DNA of 60,701 nt, counting the filler, from Sphacelaria rigidula (lineage: Eukaryota): NCBI GenBank assembly GCA_964200075.2. It is 9 parts of 9 records of this genome, joined end to end, with 100 filler letters (N's around TTAATTAATTAA, not from the genome) between each part and the next. Parts side by side here need not be neighbours in the genome. Positions count along the whole stretch, not along the records: positions 20,269 to 26,924 come from CAXNAA020018798.1; positions 27,025 to 33,680 come from CAXNAA020018799.1; positions 33,781 to 40,436 come from CAXNAA020018800.1; 6 more parts are not named here. One strand, 5' to 3'. Position numbers and translations under genes: made by a program. The first letter of the stretch is position 1; every line of letters begins with the position of its first letter. Under the pieces are notes generated by a model that was not told where the DNA came from, searched no databases, and was given only the letters and a program-made list of their open reading frames with translations. Below are positions 23,935-35,704 of the stretch, piece by piece.

Positions 23935-23977
23935 GGACGAGGGGGCCGGAGGCCCCCACGTCCGAAGCCCTTTTAAG
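23935..23977 (+). other. GC-rich hairpin; candidate Helitron 3' termination signal
   Basis: ggacg-a-gggggcc-gga-ggccccc-a-cgtcc, followed ~10 nt later by TAAG|T rather than canonical CTRR. Confidence 0.5.
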
Positions 23978-24477
23978 TGATATTCATGATCCAATACCGC
24001 TACATAATATGAAGCAAGACCGGAGGTGCCGGGGGGCAAGCAGCGGGCAGACCCTTTGGAAGGTCTCTTATTTTCAGTCTTGGTTCACGTCATTAGACAT
24101 TGTTGTGTTGTGTGTGTTGTTATACGTCATTAGACAGTGTGCGAGAAAATAGGATATTTTTGCGAGTTAATAGTAGCGCGTCAAACTTTCAATATATTTT
24201 TTTCACCCTGTTGACGGAGACTTCTTCGACCCGTACCCTATTCAACTGGTGCCGACTGACCCTGGGAATCATCACTTTCATTTACAAGAGGAAAATGAAA
24301 AGACGCGATGAGAATCATGCTCTGATATCAAATAAGAAAACAACACAACATAACACAAAGGGCGCGAGATTCTTCATTTTTTATTTGTTCAACCGTAACA
24401 TGAATTCCATCATCAGCTGGATATCGGTACCACGGCTCCGAGGCGATTACCCCACTATTGATAATCCCCAGCTATAA

Positions 24478-24592
24478 GGGAGAGCCAAATGTTGAGACAG
24501 CTATTCCTTCTGTTCTCAAAAACTCGCCCGTTTTGGGAGAACCAAATGTTGAGACAGATGTTCCATCTGTTCTCAAGAACTCTCCCGTTTTC
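24478..24592. repeat. 57-bp tandem duplication
   Basis: gggaga.ccaaatgttgagacag...tctgttctcaa.aactc.cccgtttt occurs twice. Confidence 0.85.
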
Positions 24593-24628
24593 GAGTTATA
24601 CGTTGCTTTCAGTGTTGAACCCACATTA

Positions 24629-24828
24629 GAGGTATCTCAAACTCGGCTCCCGGTATACTGGTTTATTTTGTGGCTCTGAGTTGTGTCCTATTTCTTCAAG
24701 TGAAAGTGATCGCGATTCGTAGGAGGACCTGACCTAGCGGTCAACGGGTCTCATCATCTGATGCATCGGCATCATTTTACTCGGAAAAAAAAAAAACAGG
24801 ATACCGGGAGCCGAGTTTGAGATACCTC
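24629..24828. mobile_element. MITE-like element with ~33 bp TIRs
   Basis: gaggtatctcaaactcggctcccggtat / ataccgggagccgagtttgagatacctc are an inverted pair. Confidence 0.75.
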
Positions 24829-24854
24829 CATCAAGTCGGGGCATTTCTTGCACA

Positions 24855-25143
24855 CGTCGGACAGATCATGATCCGTCTGAAATATAACTTATCAAAGAAG
24901 CCTCTCGAATCCGTCGGTCCCAAAACACAAAATATGTGACAAAAAACACGAACTGTGGAACCGCGGAGTCAGAAAAGCCAAAGTGCAACCTTTGCGCTAC
25001 TCTGGGTGCTCGGTGTCCAGCGCTGCAGGGAGCGAACGTGAAAAGGGGAGGGGGGGGGGGGGCAAATGATCCGAACCATGATCCGGAAGAGCACTCTTGA
25101 GAGGAGGTAATTTTCAGACGGATCATGACCTAATTGTCCGACG
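24855..25143. mobile_element. MITE-like element with TIRs
   Basis: cgtcggacagatcatgatccgtctgaaa / tttcagacggatcatgacctaattgtccgacg are an imperfect inverted pair. Confidence 0.7.
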
Positions 25144-26598
25144 CCTGAGTCTTTGATTTACCTTGGTAACGTCCATCCTGTGACCACGGCTGTATTCCAA
25201 GGGGACGAGAAAATGTTCAATTATCAAACAAATCAAATCAATCAGGCAAGTTGTCTTTTGTGCCCAATCCAATCTGTCGAAATCACGTACGAGTACTCAT
25301 ACAGAGGAAGAGGTGCGATGGGGTTGAAAGCGTACGACAAACACACACGCGCGCGCGCACATACACATTCCGCGCGGTACTGGAAACGCTGCTGCGAATG
25401 TCTCGCCTATACAAGTTGGCAGGCGATGAGAACGATAGGGGCGTAGGGGCTTGTGTTGTCGCCCGCTGCCCTTTACTTCATGGGGGACAAAGAAAAAAAT
25501 CGCGATTCTGCACGAGCAGCCAGCATCACACCACTTTGACTTTTTTCAACAGTAAAAATATGCACCAACAGTAATTTTCCGGTCAGTCCATGGCTGCCGA
25601 AGTGAAAAACAAATGTCTCGCTTGGGTTGGTTCAACATACGAATGAGTGCTCGTCTCAAGGGGGTAGGTACCTCCGTGAGAGGAGCAAAATTACCACACC
25701 AACTTTACACACTTTTGGAATTCCTGCTAGAATAAGAAGACCGAGTTTATATTTTGGCTGTATAATTGCTTGCTTGATTTCAGTATGGTGGTGAGGGAGG
25801 GGGAGAGGGGGGGGGGGTGGCAACTGATAAATGTGCCACTCCGTGTTCTTGAAGTAATAATCTCAAGAAAAACTCGCGGTCAGACGACTATGCGGTGAGA
25901 ATGCAGCGCAAAAGAATATTCCAGCATAAATATTGGCAGAAGCTTTGATCGAATATTCTTGTCCCAGCGGCAAGCACACACGGTGTTTTGTTCATCGCCT
26001 GCCCTCTTCGGTGTACTTTAGTGTGCGTCGAACCTATCAGTCGCAACGCGCAACACATACCTACGATCCCCTCCCACACCACAGCAAGCTTCGCAATGAC
26101 GATGAAGCTGCAGGAAACAATATTCTCAATTCGTTCGGTGACACGGTAAAACGGAAACGGATAGGTGACGCTGTACCTTCAACTGTCCAATCCCAAGCAC
26201 CAGTAAAACATTTAAATAATGATACCGCATCTTAAGCAGTCCAGCGAAACAATCAATAGAGGAGACGGGGGCAGGTTAAACCGTGCGTACGTTGAATAGT
26301 CTATTGTGATGCAACCAAGGGCATACGAACGGGTGCCACCGCATGTACCTCAATCAGTCCAAGTCGCACGCACACGGGGACCACATGTTTATACGTAGGA
26401 GTGTACCTTCAATCGTCCTGTGACCATCCATACATACAAGGCGGACAGCGTGTATTTGTTGTCCTTCTGTTCATCACACACGTCGAATCCCCCCTTCCTC
26501 AGAACAAAATGAGAAACTGAGGCCGGATGTTATGGCACAAAGATTTTTGGCCCACGGATTGTTCACTTTTGGGACGTTTCACCCCCCTTTGAACCCTC

Positions 26599-26924
26599 AA
26601 ACAGGGAAAATCGCCAACACACGTCTTGGACACTTTACATCACCCCACAGTGAGGAGTCTAGTCTGCTTTTCAGATTCGCTTGGCTCCGAGGTTTCGATA
26701 TTGGCCGCTGAACAAAAATCCGTGTGCAAAAATCTGTGCTTGCCGACCCCCGCGAGTTTGCCCAATAATCTGTGGAGATCGCCGTGGATTTTGTTACACA
26801 CGGATTCTTGTTCAGCGGCCAATCTCCAAACCCTGGAACCAAGCGAATCTGAAAAGTGGGCTAGGCTCCTCTCTGTGGGGTGATGCAAAGTGTCCAAGAC
26901 GTGTGTTGGCGATTTCCCCTGTTT
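26599..26924. mobile_element. Foldback (long palindromic) element, ~135 bp arms
   Basis: aaacagggaaaatcgccaacacacgtcttggacacttt... mirrors ...aaagtgtccaagacgtgtgttggcgatttcccctgttt. The + and - strand ORFs encode near-identical peptides. Confidence 0.85.
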
Positions 26925-27024
26925 NNNNNNNNNNNNNNNNNNNNNNNNNNNNNNNNNNNNNNNNNNNNTTAATTAATTAANNNNNNNNNNNNNNNNNNNN
27001 NNNNNNNNNNNNNNNNNNNNNNNN
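26925..27024. other. Artificial contig spacer
   Basis: N run with a central TTAATTAATTAA. Confidence 0.98.
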
Positions 27025-27104
27025 TGGGCCTCGTGGAAGTGCATTTCGGAACTGAAACGATTCATTCACTGATTGACCGCTTTTCACTCTCAATCTCACG
27101 AAAA

Positions 27105-27460
27105 CACTGTTGACAGTAGTTTCCAGCTGCATCAGGATTGTTTCCAATTTTTTCGTAGTCGGTGATATTGAATAGTTTTCTCGTGTCCCACTGCCCACGC
27201 ATCCTAGTGAAGGCCTGATTCCGAAATATGGGGAACGGGATACCAGACATCCATTCCACATTCCGGAATAGAAATCGTCATATCTGCCCTCAATATTGAA
27301 CGACTTACGAGCCGACTTGACAGGGGGTATTCTTGACCGTCTTCGGTCCCAAAAGGTGCATTTACTCTGGACTCTGGCGCGATGAAGGGATATGAATAAA
27401 ACACGAAGGCCTGTTAAATTGTTCACGAGAGCGATCGGAATGGATTCACGCCTCCCTGTG
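27105..27460 (-). repeat. Dispersed repeat, diverged homologue of 47420-47762
   Basis: Shared blocks ccgatcgctctcgtgaacaattt, gtcgttcaatattgag, gactacgaaaa and ctggaaactactgt. Confidence 0.75.
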
Positions 27461-27659
27461 CTACGAGTATTCAGAGCTTGGTTGGGCAATTTTCGTAGTT
27501 GGGTATCTTCTTTCCCTCTTCTCGTGTAATGTTCTTTCTTGGCACTCGGAATTCCTCGCGTTGGTATGATAGATAGGTATCGGGGATAGAAGCCCGCGGT
27601 GCTCAGGATACAACCCTCAGGTTGGTGCTGTAGGGATGTTAGAGGCTGGTTCACGCATC

Positions 27660-27850
27660 AGGCTAAAAAACACTCATCGGCAAAACTTCCCGCCGTCTAA
27701 AGGAGTTGGAACCTGAAATTTTGTACTAGCAGTGCGTTATGGATCATTCCGCACCTTTCAAAGATCGAGTTTTTTTCCTTCACCGTTTTCCGGGGGTCCT
27801 ACTTTTTTTGGCGGAACTTCGATCCAGTCGGACCCCCGTAAAACGATAAG
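27660..27850 (+). repeat. Dispersed copy of the module at 17190-17370
   Basis: Shared blocks ctcatcgg.aaaacttc.cgcc...aaggagt...cctgaaatt...aacttcgat.cag.cggacccccgtaaaacg. Confidence 0.75.
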
Positions 27851-28277
27851 TTAATAGAACCGGATTGTGTGACTTGAGTTGACGCGGTGCGGGAGTGCTG
27901 ATCAAATCCGCGAGACCAAAATGAAAGGCATGTACCGGGGGAGATGTGGGTTGATCCCCTGAGACCACGGACTCATCCCGAGGAAGGAGAGGGGTTCAGA
28001 GTGTGAGGAAAAAAAAATTACAAATTAAGTTGACTCAGGTTTGACGAAAATCGAAAGCATGACCTACAGGAAACGCGAACGTGCTCTAGAACGGTGCCAG
28101 CGAGCAGAGCAAGTCATTTCATGGTGTCCACATCCGCCTAGTCTTTTTTTCGGGGAAAAAACGACGGAGAAGGGCTGAAATTGCACTTTTGAACAACTTT
28201 TATTTTCTATACAGGAGAAGTAGCCCAAAGACCCATCCATTTCGGTTATTGAAATTCAAATTTGTAGTGCGTGTAAC

Positions 28278-28410
28278 AGTTGTCAATAGCGACCAGTAGG
28301 TGAAAAAATGGAACCACATTTCGAAGATTCGGTTTGGATACGAATATTTGAATCCTCGGGGTTCTCATCCTCAATGAAAAGCTCAATCCTCAATTTCGAT
28401 GATCGACTCT
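28278..28410 (+). repeat. Arm of the foldback family at 57318-57715
   Basis: gttgtcaatagc.accagtaggtgaaa..atggaacca...ttctcatcctcaatgaaa.gctc.atcctcaa.tt.gatgatcg matches 57588-57715. A partial copy lies at ~54197-54230. Confidence 0.8.
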
Positions 28411-30464
28411 TGAAGCGTCCATGCTGCTGTGGAAGAAAAGAGAGAAAAGTAATGCAAAAAATCACTGGCAGTCTGCGTCGTGATAGCCCACAATCGTCAG
28501 GTACAATCATGCAACAACCATTATCTCCGGATCTACTGTAACTGTTCACTAAACTCCACTCATGGCATACATAGTGTATCTAAATACTACCCAACTACTG
28601 CTGGAAAGTAGTTTGTCTTCAAAAGATCCTGTTGCAAGCTGTGCACAGCTGTAAGAAGAGTACTTGCAGGCGAACAGGAAAAAAAAAAAAAGCAAAAAAA
28701 AAAAACACGAGCTGCACGTAATAGCACGGCGCAAAAAAAAAAAGCATCTCGAAAATAACGGTGCATCACCATAAACAACGCGAAATGTTGAGCTAGCCAA
28801 TCGCAGCAACAATTAAAACACCGACCACAACAACACCTACACCAATGAATGGTACTGTAAAAAATTATTATGTTTCTACCCAACCAGGCAACCAACTGAC
28901 CGCCTCGTTCCGGGGAAGCGCGGAACCCTCTCTCCCGTCCCTCGAAAAGTACGGATGTTTTCCCTCCACCCGAAATTTCGTGCTCGATTTTTCGTCTTGC
29001 TTGTTTAGGCCTCTTCCTCTGTTCATCCTTCTTCCTCCCTTGCTTCGTATAAAGGCAAGTCTTGAACAGGACGACGAAAGCCAATCTTGACAGCTAGGTT
29101 TTACAACAGCGCTACTGATTGACGACAGACGTGTGCAAAACAAGCCGCGAATGAAGTCAGTTCCACATAGATCTCAGTACAAAAATACACATTTTTTTTT
29201 CTGCCAACACATCGTTCTTCTTCGTTGCCATCTATCTTGCAATCCAATCAGCTGTGGCAGCAATCCATGTGTAGTGCTGTATCAGCGAGTGTGCTGAATG
29301 TAGATCGCTTTGTTCAAGAGCGCCTAGTACAAGACCCTCAGAATGATCCAGCGCACGGGATTTACGGTGGGGCGAGTGGAAAAGCACAGGCCAGCCAAAC
29401 CTCCCCAACCAGACGAAGCACGAGATGATTACACCTGAATGCATCGGCCAGCCCAACACATCACACTCGCATAAATTCGCAAACGTCAACGTCAACATCA
29501 ACATCAACGACAACAACAAACCCCAGTTCACTACTCCCACGCCCACGCCCTCCGTTTACTACAACCCTTCGAAAAAAATGTCCCCATCGTCACGGCGTAC
29601 GCACTACACCAGATTCAAGATACGACGCGTGTGGTTTCAGAACATTTAGATATGTAGAACAATGTTGAGAAGAGGGTGCGTATGGCAGCAGAAGCATGAG
29701 CAAGCAGCAACCTCTCTCTTCTCGCCATCGATACAAAAAACACGAAAGGAATGACGGGGTTATTTGCTCTCGAATGCGCACAGTTCACCACGGACTGAGC
29801 TCTCGCCAAATCAGAAGGCGATTGCCCCACTCTCACAAAAAAGCACACTACTACAAAAAGAAAAAAATTCACTACGATACACCACGCTCGGGCCGGAAGA
29901 CACAGGGAATACCGACCCCTTCCCGTGATACACAACTTTTACCTCACTCTTTTTGCTGGAGCATCACGGCGCTTCCGACTTGACAAATACATATGTAACC
30001 CTGGAGGGGCAAAAGCAGCTAACGGCATCATGCCCTCAAATGGCTCAATCTCAAGGCACTTACAGTATCTCTTAACTTCAATAAAAGGATTCCATATAAA
30101 TAAATGTACATGGTACCTCATCTTGACACTCGCACAGCACTCACCGAACACGTCACAAAACGCTCAGAGAAAGGACGGAGGAAGAAAGAAGAGAAAAATC
30201 TACAAGTGAAAGTCCTGACAAGAAACATTCTCCCGCCGCCGTGCCCCCCATTTCAGCATCAAATGAGCACAACATTACTAGCCGTAACGACGGACAAAAA
30301 ATGTACAGTCGGTCCATCACCAAATAACAACCGCCTCCATGACCATCCATTCCCACGGGTACTAGCGGTGCGTTCGTCCGTACGTCAGCGGAGCATTGCC
30401 CCGCTTCTCCAGCTTTTAGATCTCTCGCCTGTTGGCTGAGAGGTCTCATGGCGGGTCTTGGCAT

Positions 30465-30616
30465 ATGATTTTTCGATCGAAAATGTGCGGTGGAAAAAAA
30501 AGGAGATTTCCTCATCTGATAGGTTATGATTTCACCTGTCGTCGCTCATGATATCACGATCTATCAGATCGGATTTTTTTGTTTTCCACCACACTTTTTC
30601 GATCAAAAAATGATTC
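30465..30616. mobile_element. Small palindromic MITE-like element (homologue at ~43755-43905)
   Basis: tttttcgatcgaaaatgtgcggtggaaaa...atctgatag / ctatcagat...ttttccaccacactttttcgatcaaaaa. Confidence 0.7.
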
Positions 30617-31394
30617 GCAACGACAGCAGCCTTTATAAATACTTCCTTTTCCGGGAAAATTCCTTCACCATCGCCTTCATGGCAATAAATCGACACACCC
30701 TGGTATTTGCAGTACCGCTGTGACCTGCACTTGCTGCTACAGCATGATATCTCCGGTTAGGACCTTGCGGCTTTATCATCGCTGTCGTTTCAGCTTGGCT
30801 TCCAGGTCGTCATCTCCCTCGACGGACTCCCGCCGGATCTGCTTCTTCTCCAATTTCAGATCCTGTGTTGATGCCGCCTTCGTCAACTTACTTCCATGTT
30901 TCCCCTGCAGAAGCTTCCGTGATGTCTCCGCTGGCAGCCTTGACCCATTTCTCGTCCTTGCCAGCCAATTCCCCCAAGTTCCCCCCTCATTCTCCGTCTC
31001 GAAAGGTACGCGTGGTCAATGGTCAAACAATCAAGGCAAACAACGAATGATTACGTCCCCCGCCCCCGTCTTACGCCCTTTTCCCGTCCAGTTTGCCCAC
31101 CCAGATGAAGACAACTCACGAACGTTCATTTCTCCCCTTCTAAATCCTGCTTGACAGCGGGCGGTTTCCAAAGTGTGTATATCTTTACATATCGGCCAGA
31201 AGCCTCCTTCGATAATTCCTACCCTACAGTGCAAAATCGAAAGGCAATGATATAAAAACGAATCGAAAATTTTGACCGCTTCTTCGCCGCAAAATTCAAC
31301 AAACGACTTTTTTTTTCTGTTGTCTGTAAAGCTCGGCAAATTATGACACCACATCATCCCGCCTCCTCCCCTCAATCCCCCCGCAACAAACCGC

Positions 31395-31793
31395 CTACAT
31401 GATGACGCAACCCCCGTCTTTCCCTTTACTCTCCGCAGTAGCATCTGCCTTTTCGACAGCAGCAGCCTCACCAGCAGCGGCATCCGGAGGATTACCTGCT
31501 GCCGGGACAGCACCACCCCCACTGGCCGCGGAATCTTGAGCATCCGGGGCATCCGCAGCATCGCCGGATCCGGCGGCGGCCGCCACGGTCGGCTTCGTCG
31601 ATTTGGTTGCAGTGACCTTCTTTTTCTCAAGCTTTCCTTTCGCCTTGGCCTCCTTGGCGTCTAGCTTTTCCTTCGCCTTTTTCTCTTTAGCTTCCACCTT
31701 CTCTCGCTCCTTCTGCTCCTTGGCTTCGATCTTCTCCCGCTCCTTCTGCTCCTTCGCGGCTTTTTTTGCGTTCTCCTTCTTCATTTTCTCCAC
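31395..31793 (-). CDS. Terminal exon of a Lys/Glu-rich coiled-coil protein with a C-terminal CaaX box (CVIM)
   Basis: 133-codon frame VEKMKKENAKKAAKEQKEREKIEAKEQKEREKVEAKE...ESKGKDGGCVIM* with coding-like composition and an AAG acceptor before 31793. Confidence 0.75.
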   Translation of the reverse strand: MEKMKKENAKKAAKEQKEREKIEAKEQKEREKVEAKEKKAKEKLDAKEAKAKGKLEKKKVTATKSTKPTVAAAAGSGDAADAPDAQDSAASGGGAVPAAGNPPDAAAGEAAAVEKADATAESKGKDGGCVIM

Positions 31794-32149
31794 CTTGATA
31801 TGGATATATATAGCACATATGTTTTGGGCCAAAATCAATCAATCATCATCCTCACCATTATTATTGTCGTCGATCAGGGCTCCTCGTTTCTGTCGCGGCG
31901 ATCCAATTCGATCATTACTGTGTTTTCGACAACATTCCAGCTAATAAACGTCTTCTATTCGCCAATGAACCTTTTGAGGGTGCGTACATCTACCATATCC
32001 CATCATTACTACAGGGTTCAGGGCACATCACTCAACACGAGACGATTGTTCGCGTTCGGGTAATCCAACTAGGGAGTACTAGCCAAAGAGTGATGCCGCG
32101 ATAGCCTCCGCCCCTCTAGAAAAGTGGCCAGTTTGAGAAGACAAAATTT

Positions 32150-32440
32150 CACACGTTGGACGAGTCATTACTGGTCGAAACGAGTGCACTCGTGGATGTT
32201 TTTTTCAAACACGACGAGCATGACTGGTGTGCTCGTTACATTTTTTTAGAAAGAGCTTACAACGAGCAATGACTCGAGCTTGCCCTATTCATTTTTTCCA
32301 CAACAAGCAATAACTCGAGTGCTCGCCCCGTTCATTTTCCCACAACGAGCGATGACTTGAGTGCTCGCCCTATCAATTTTCACCGCCAACAAGCAGCCCA
32401 ACGAGTACGAGTGCCACGAGCCACACTCGTGCTCGTCCGA
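32150..32440. repeat. Degenerate ~41 bp tandem repeat
   Basis: Repeated cacaacgagcaatgactcgagtgctcgccc-like units. Confidence 0.75.
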
Positions 32441-32634
32441 CATGGGCAAAATTTTCATGTAAACCAAGATGACAACAGCCAAGGACACCGAGCAGCTGGA
32501 AACTCCCATGCTTAGGATCGTAGCCCACAATGCCACCCTCACGAGGGCCTTCATGACGTCTGAACACGCTTCCATGCGTTGTATCGACATTTTCTTCGTG
32601 ACAGTTTTGCGCCTGGTTGAGTGGGGATAGGGGG

Positions 32635-33040
32635 GGAGGGGTGCCCTCATGATCTTGCATGCCACAGTCATGAGACTTTTGACGGGGGGGGGGGGGTGTA
32701 CTCATGCTGATGCATGCCACAGTCATCTGACGATTGACCTCGCATGCCTACAAAGCCGGGCGGAGCACGCCGGGTTTTCGCCCGACCAGGCTCGCAATCA
32801 ATCACTTCGCGCAAAGTTGAGGTTATCCCACACCGCACATATGATCTGGCTCGACCACTATCACGATTACGGCCAACAAAAGAAAAAGCACGCAAAAAGA
32901 TCGGTAACCTGGTTGGCTAGGGTACGCAGTGAGGGGCGGGTTTTTGCAGTGCCATCACCAACCGACGTCAACCTCATAGGGGGGGGGGTCCACCCCTACA
33001 AAGTCGGGACGGAGCACGCCGGGTTTTCGCCGGACCAGCT
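32635..33040 (+). mobile_element. Repeat family R1, internally deleted copy with a duplicated head
   Basis: ggggtg..ctcatga..(t)gcatgccacagtcat occurs twice; aaag.cggg.cggagcacgccgggttttcgcc.gaccag occurs at ~32750 and ~33000. Confidence 0.8.
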
Positions 33041-33084
33041 TGACGATCGCGGCATCACTCTAGAACCTGTTACGACGGGAGATT

Positions 33085-33388
33085 GAGGATTCCACTTCCG
33101 GCCCATACGTGATCCCTGCGCCGAGAAACATCCGATTTCCGTCGATGGAATACATAGGAGGTGTTCAAGAAGCGAATAGGTCATTGGGTAAACTGTTCGC
33201 TTCCTGAAAAAATACATGCCGTGTGGTCCGTCCCGGCCTGACACATCAGTGATCCCCGAGGCCCCTTGCCCCTCATAAGCGTCACTGTTCAAATGTCAAA
33301 CTCGTTCCTTCCACAACCGATCATGCCCGGACTCGAACCGCACATATTTCGTTCCACAAGCGGACATTCGACTATTGAGCCACAAGTG
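33085..33388 (-). mobile_element. Putative tRNA(His)-derived SINE (family B)
   Basis: The minus-strand head gTGGCTCAATAGtcgaatgtccgctTGTGGaacgaaatatgtgcGGTTCGAGTCCgggcatg has A and B boxes and a GTG-anticodon-like loop, but the stems are broken. The 3' boundary is uncertain. Confidence 0.5.
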
Positions 33389-33580
33389 AACGCTCAATCG
33401 ACGTGGTGAGGGAGTGCTAATCCAGTCGACGAAATCAAAATGTTAGGGGGTGTAAGGGGGGATGATCAGGGATGATCTCTCGGACGACAGACTCGTGCCA
33501 AGGGCAGCGACATGAGCTCGCGATGGGGAGGGACGGGGGTACTCATTTGTTGCTCCCTTTCGCGACGGGGCATGGACTAT

Positions 33581-33629
<49 letters not shown>

Positions 33630-33680
33630 GGTGCGGGTGGGAAAACACAACCCACCCAATTTTTTTCCCCTTTGGTGTGG

Positions 33681-33780
33681 NNNNNNNNNNNNNNNNNNNN
33701 NNNNNNNNNNNNNNNNNNNNNNNNTTAATTAATTAANNNNNNNNNNNNNNNNNNNNNNNNNNNNNNNNNNNNNNNNNNNN
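33681..33780. other. Artificial contig spacer
   Basis: N run with a central TTAATTAATTAA. Confidence 0.98.
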
Positions 33781-33849
33781 CCCTCTCTCCCACCCCCAGG
33801 AGCTTTTTAAAAGGGTCGTTTTTTTTTTTTTTTCCCCCCCCCCCCCCCC

Positions 33850-34010
33850 CCGCGCAAAGGGGATGATTGTTCTACGTGGTGTGTAAATGGTGAGACACCC
33901 ATAAGGTAGTGTATAAGACCTGGCTGTCTCTGGAAGTGGCGATACCAGACAATAAAGCAGCTCGTTGTAGGCTGTCATCCAAATGCAAGATAATCGTATG
34001 CTGCCGGAGT
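33850..34010 (-). mobile_element. Repeat family R1, partial copy
   Basis: cgcgcaaaggggatgattgt...tggctgtctctggaagtggcgataccaga...atccaaatgcaag matches 15000-15150. Confidence 0.8.
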
Positions 34011-34409
34011 TTTCGCGAAACACCCGCGAGCATGCGAGGACAACTCGTGCTAGTGCTGTGTTCTTCGCAAGTGTTCGTGGTATTGTATACAGTATATTCA
34101 GGTCAACTGTACAACATAACACAACAAGAAACCACAAAGGCTCTCAATATCATAGCTCGGGGTGGGGTGGGGGGGGGGGGGGAACCGGTTGGAATAAGCG
34201 CTCTGGGCACGCAGACGTGTGTTGTACAGCCCATAGTTGATGTGTTACGTCTGAGTACGAAGTTTGAAACTGGGTTTATTGCGGATTTGGCTCTTGAGGG
34301 GTCCGCGACCTGTACGGTCTTATGTGCCTACCCCCCACCTACAACAGGGCCGTGCCACCGAAGAGTCGTGCCCCATGAAATGACAGGTGGGAGACACATG
34401 TTGACATGA

Positions 34410-34830
34410 TTTACATCACATGAATAGAAGGTGGAAAACATGTACGCATGCTTCGCGCTGCATAAATGAAAAGTGGTGAACATGAACACTTGATCCATCT
34501 TGCATGAATGAATGAAAGGTAGGCCACATGTATGTGTGATTCATGCCGCATAAATGGGAATCAGGAAGCATGTTCGCTTGATTCACCTCGTAGGAATGAA
34601 AGGTAGGGAAACATGTACGTATGGTTCATGTTGCATGGACGAAAATTGGGAAATATGTACGCTTGGTTCACCTCGTACGAAGTATGAATGGAAGGTGGAG
34701 AACGTGTACCCATGATTCATCCCGGATGAATAAAAATTGGGAAACATGTACCAATGACTCATGCCATACGAATGAATGTGGGGAAGGTGTCGGTGTGCCG
34801 CACGATTCACGAACTGGAAATGTGTACACG
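34410..34830. repeat. Degenerate tandem repeat (~40-45 bp unit)
   Basis: Recurring atgaa..gtgg.aaacatgtac...tg.ttca motifs. Confidence 0.65.
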
Positions 34831-35647
34831 TAGAGCGGTGTCGTACGAATCACGAGCCCAAAACATGTACAAATCACAGCTGGTGCACGACTCGTATGGT
34901 TGATCCGTCCACATGTTGAACATGAGTCGTATCACGATTTTATTCGTCCGAACCGTGATGAATTCCATGAAAGTCCTGAAGTCCTTTGGCGGAAAAAGAG
35001 GAGAGCAAATAATGTAGTTGTGATTCCTCGCACATGAGAACGGCATTGTATTTTGGGGGGGTGAGGCTCTTCGGCTGCTGTCTCGATACAGTACTGTATA
35101 TGCCACGAGATCAAATAAGTTTCGCTTGTTGTGAGGAAAAGGGGTCGTCTATCTGGTGATCCTCGCAGCGAGACTCCTTGTTCTGTTTTTGTTTCACGTG
35201 CTCCTTGTTTATCTGTTGGTATGCTCGCTTGGACGGATGGAGCATGACACTCGTTTCTTAGCGATGCAGTATGTAGGGGACCCAGCACGAAGGCGGGACC
35301 TCGTGATGCGTGATTGACAATAAGGCGCTTACTCTGGTCGCAGCTTGTTGTATTGGAAGGTTTCACAATTGATGACCAGTGTATTCATTACCCGAGACAA
35401 GAGCGAGTGATGATCTTTGTGAATGAAAAACATGGAAGAAACAGCAAGGTGGTGTGTCGATTCGCCTGTCTTGTCCCACTGCCCGCAACCATTGCTGTAT
35501 GAACCATTGAATTATTTTTACATTTTTCAGTAGCAAACACTACGGACAACTTCCATACTTCATCGGTGACGTCATTATCATTATCGGAATCGTTGTTTCT
35601 CGTTTGTTATGCTCGGTTGCGTCGCCGTGGGCTGCATATTCTGGCAG

Positions 35648-35704
35648 CCGCTGGAAGCCAGCGAAGGGTACAGATTCATCAAGCTCATCGACGTGGGCAG
35701 TCAG
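35648..35704 (+). CDS. PFKFB: 6-phosphofructo-2-kinase/fructose-2,6-bisphosphatase, exon (end of kinase domain)
   Basis: CAG|...|GTCAGC boundaries, 57 nt, translating PLEASEGYRFIKLIDVGSQ (the conserved IK.IDVG motif); in frame with the next exon. Confidence 0.8.

Noticed and set aside
30776..30904. Possible extra minus-strand exon GKHGSKLTKAASTQDLKLEKKQIRRESVEGDDDLEAKLKRQR*
   Set aside because: It has a CAG before it but no pyrimidine tract or recognisable homology, and it lies downstream of the CVIM stop; it cannot be supported without RNA data.
20660..31793. Functional clustering of the Helitron, CaaX gene and other genes as one system
   Set aside because: They lie on different contigs joined artificially, so there is no evidence of linkage.
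33322..33386. Functional tRNA-His gene
   Set aside because: The acceptor and anticodon stems do not pair properly; treated as a SINE head or pseudogene.
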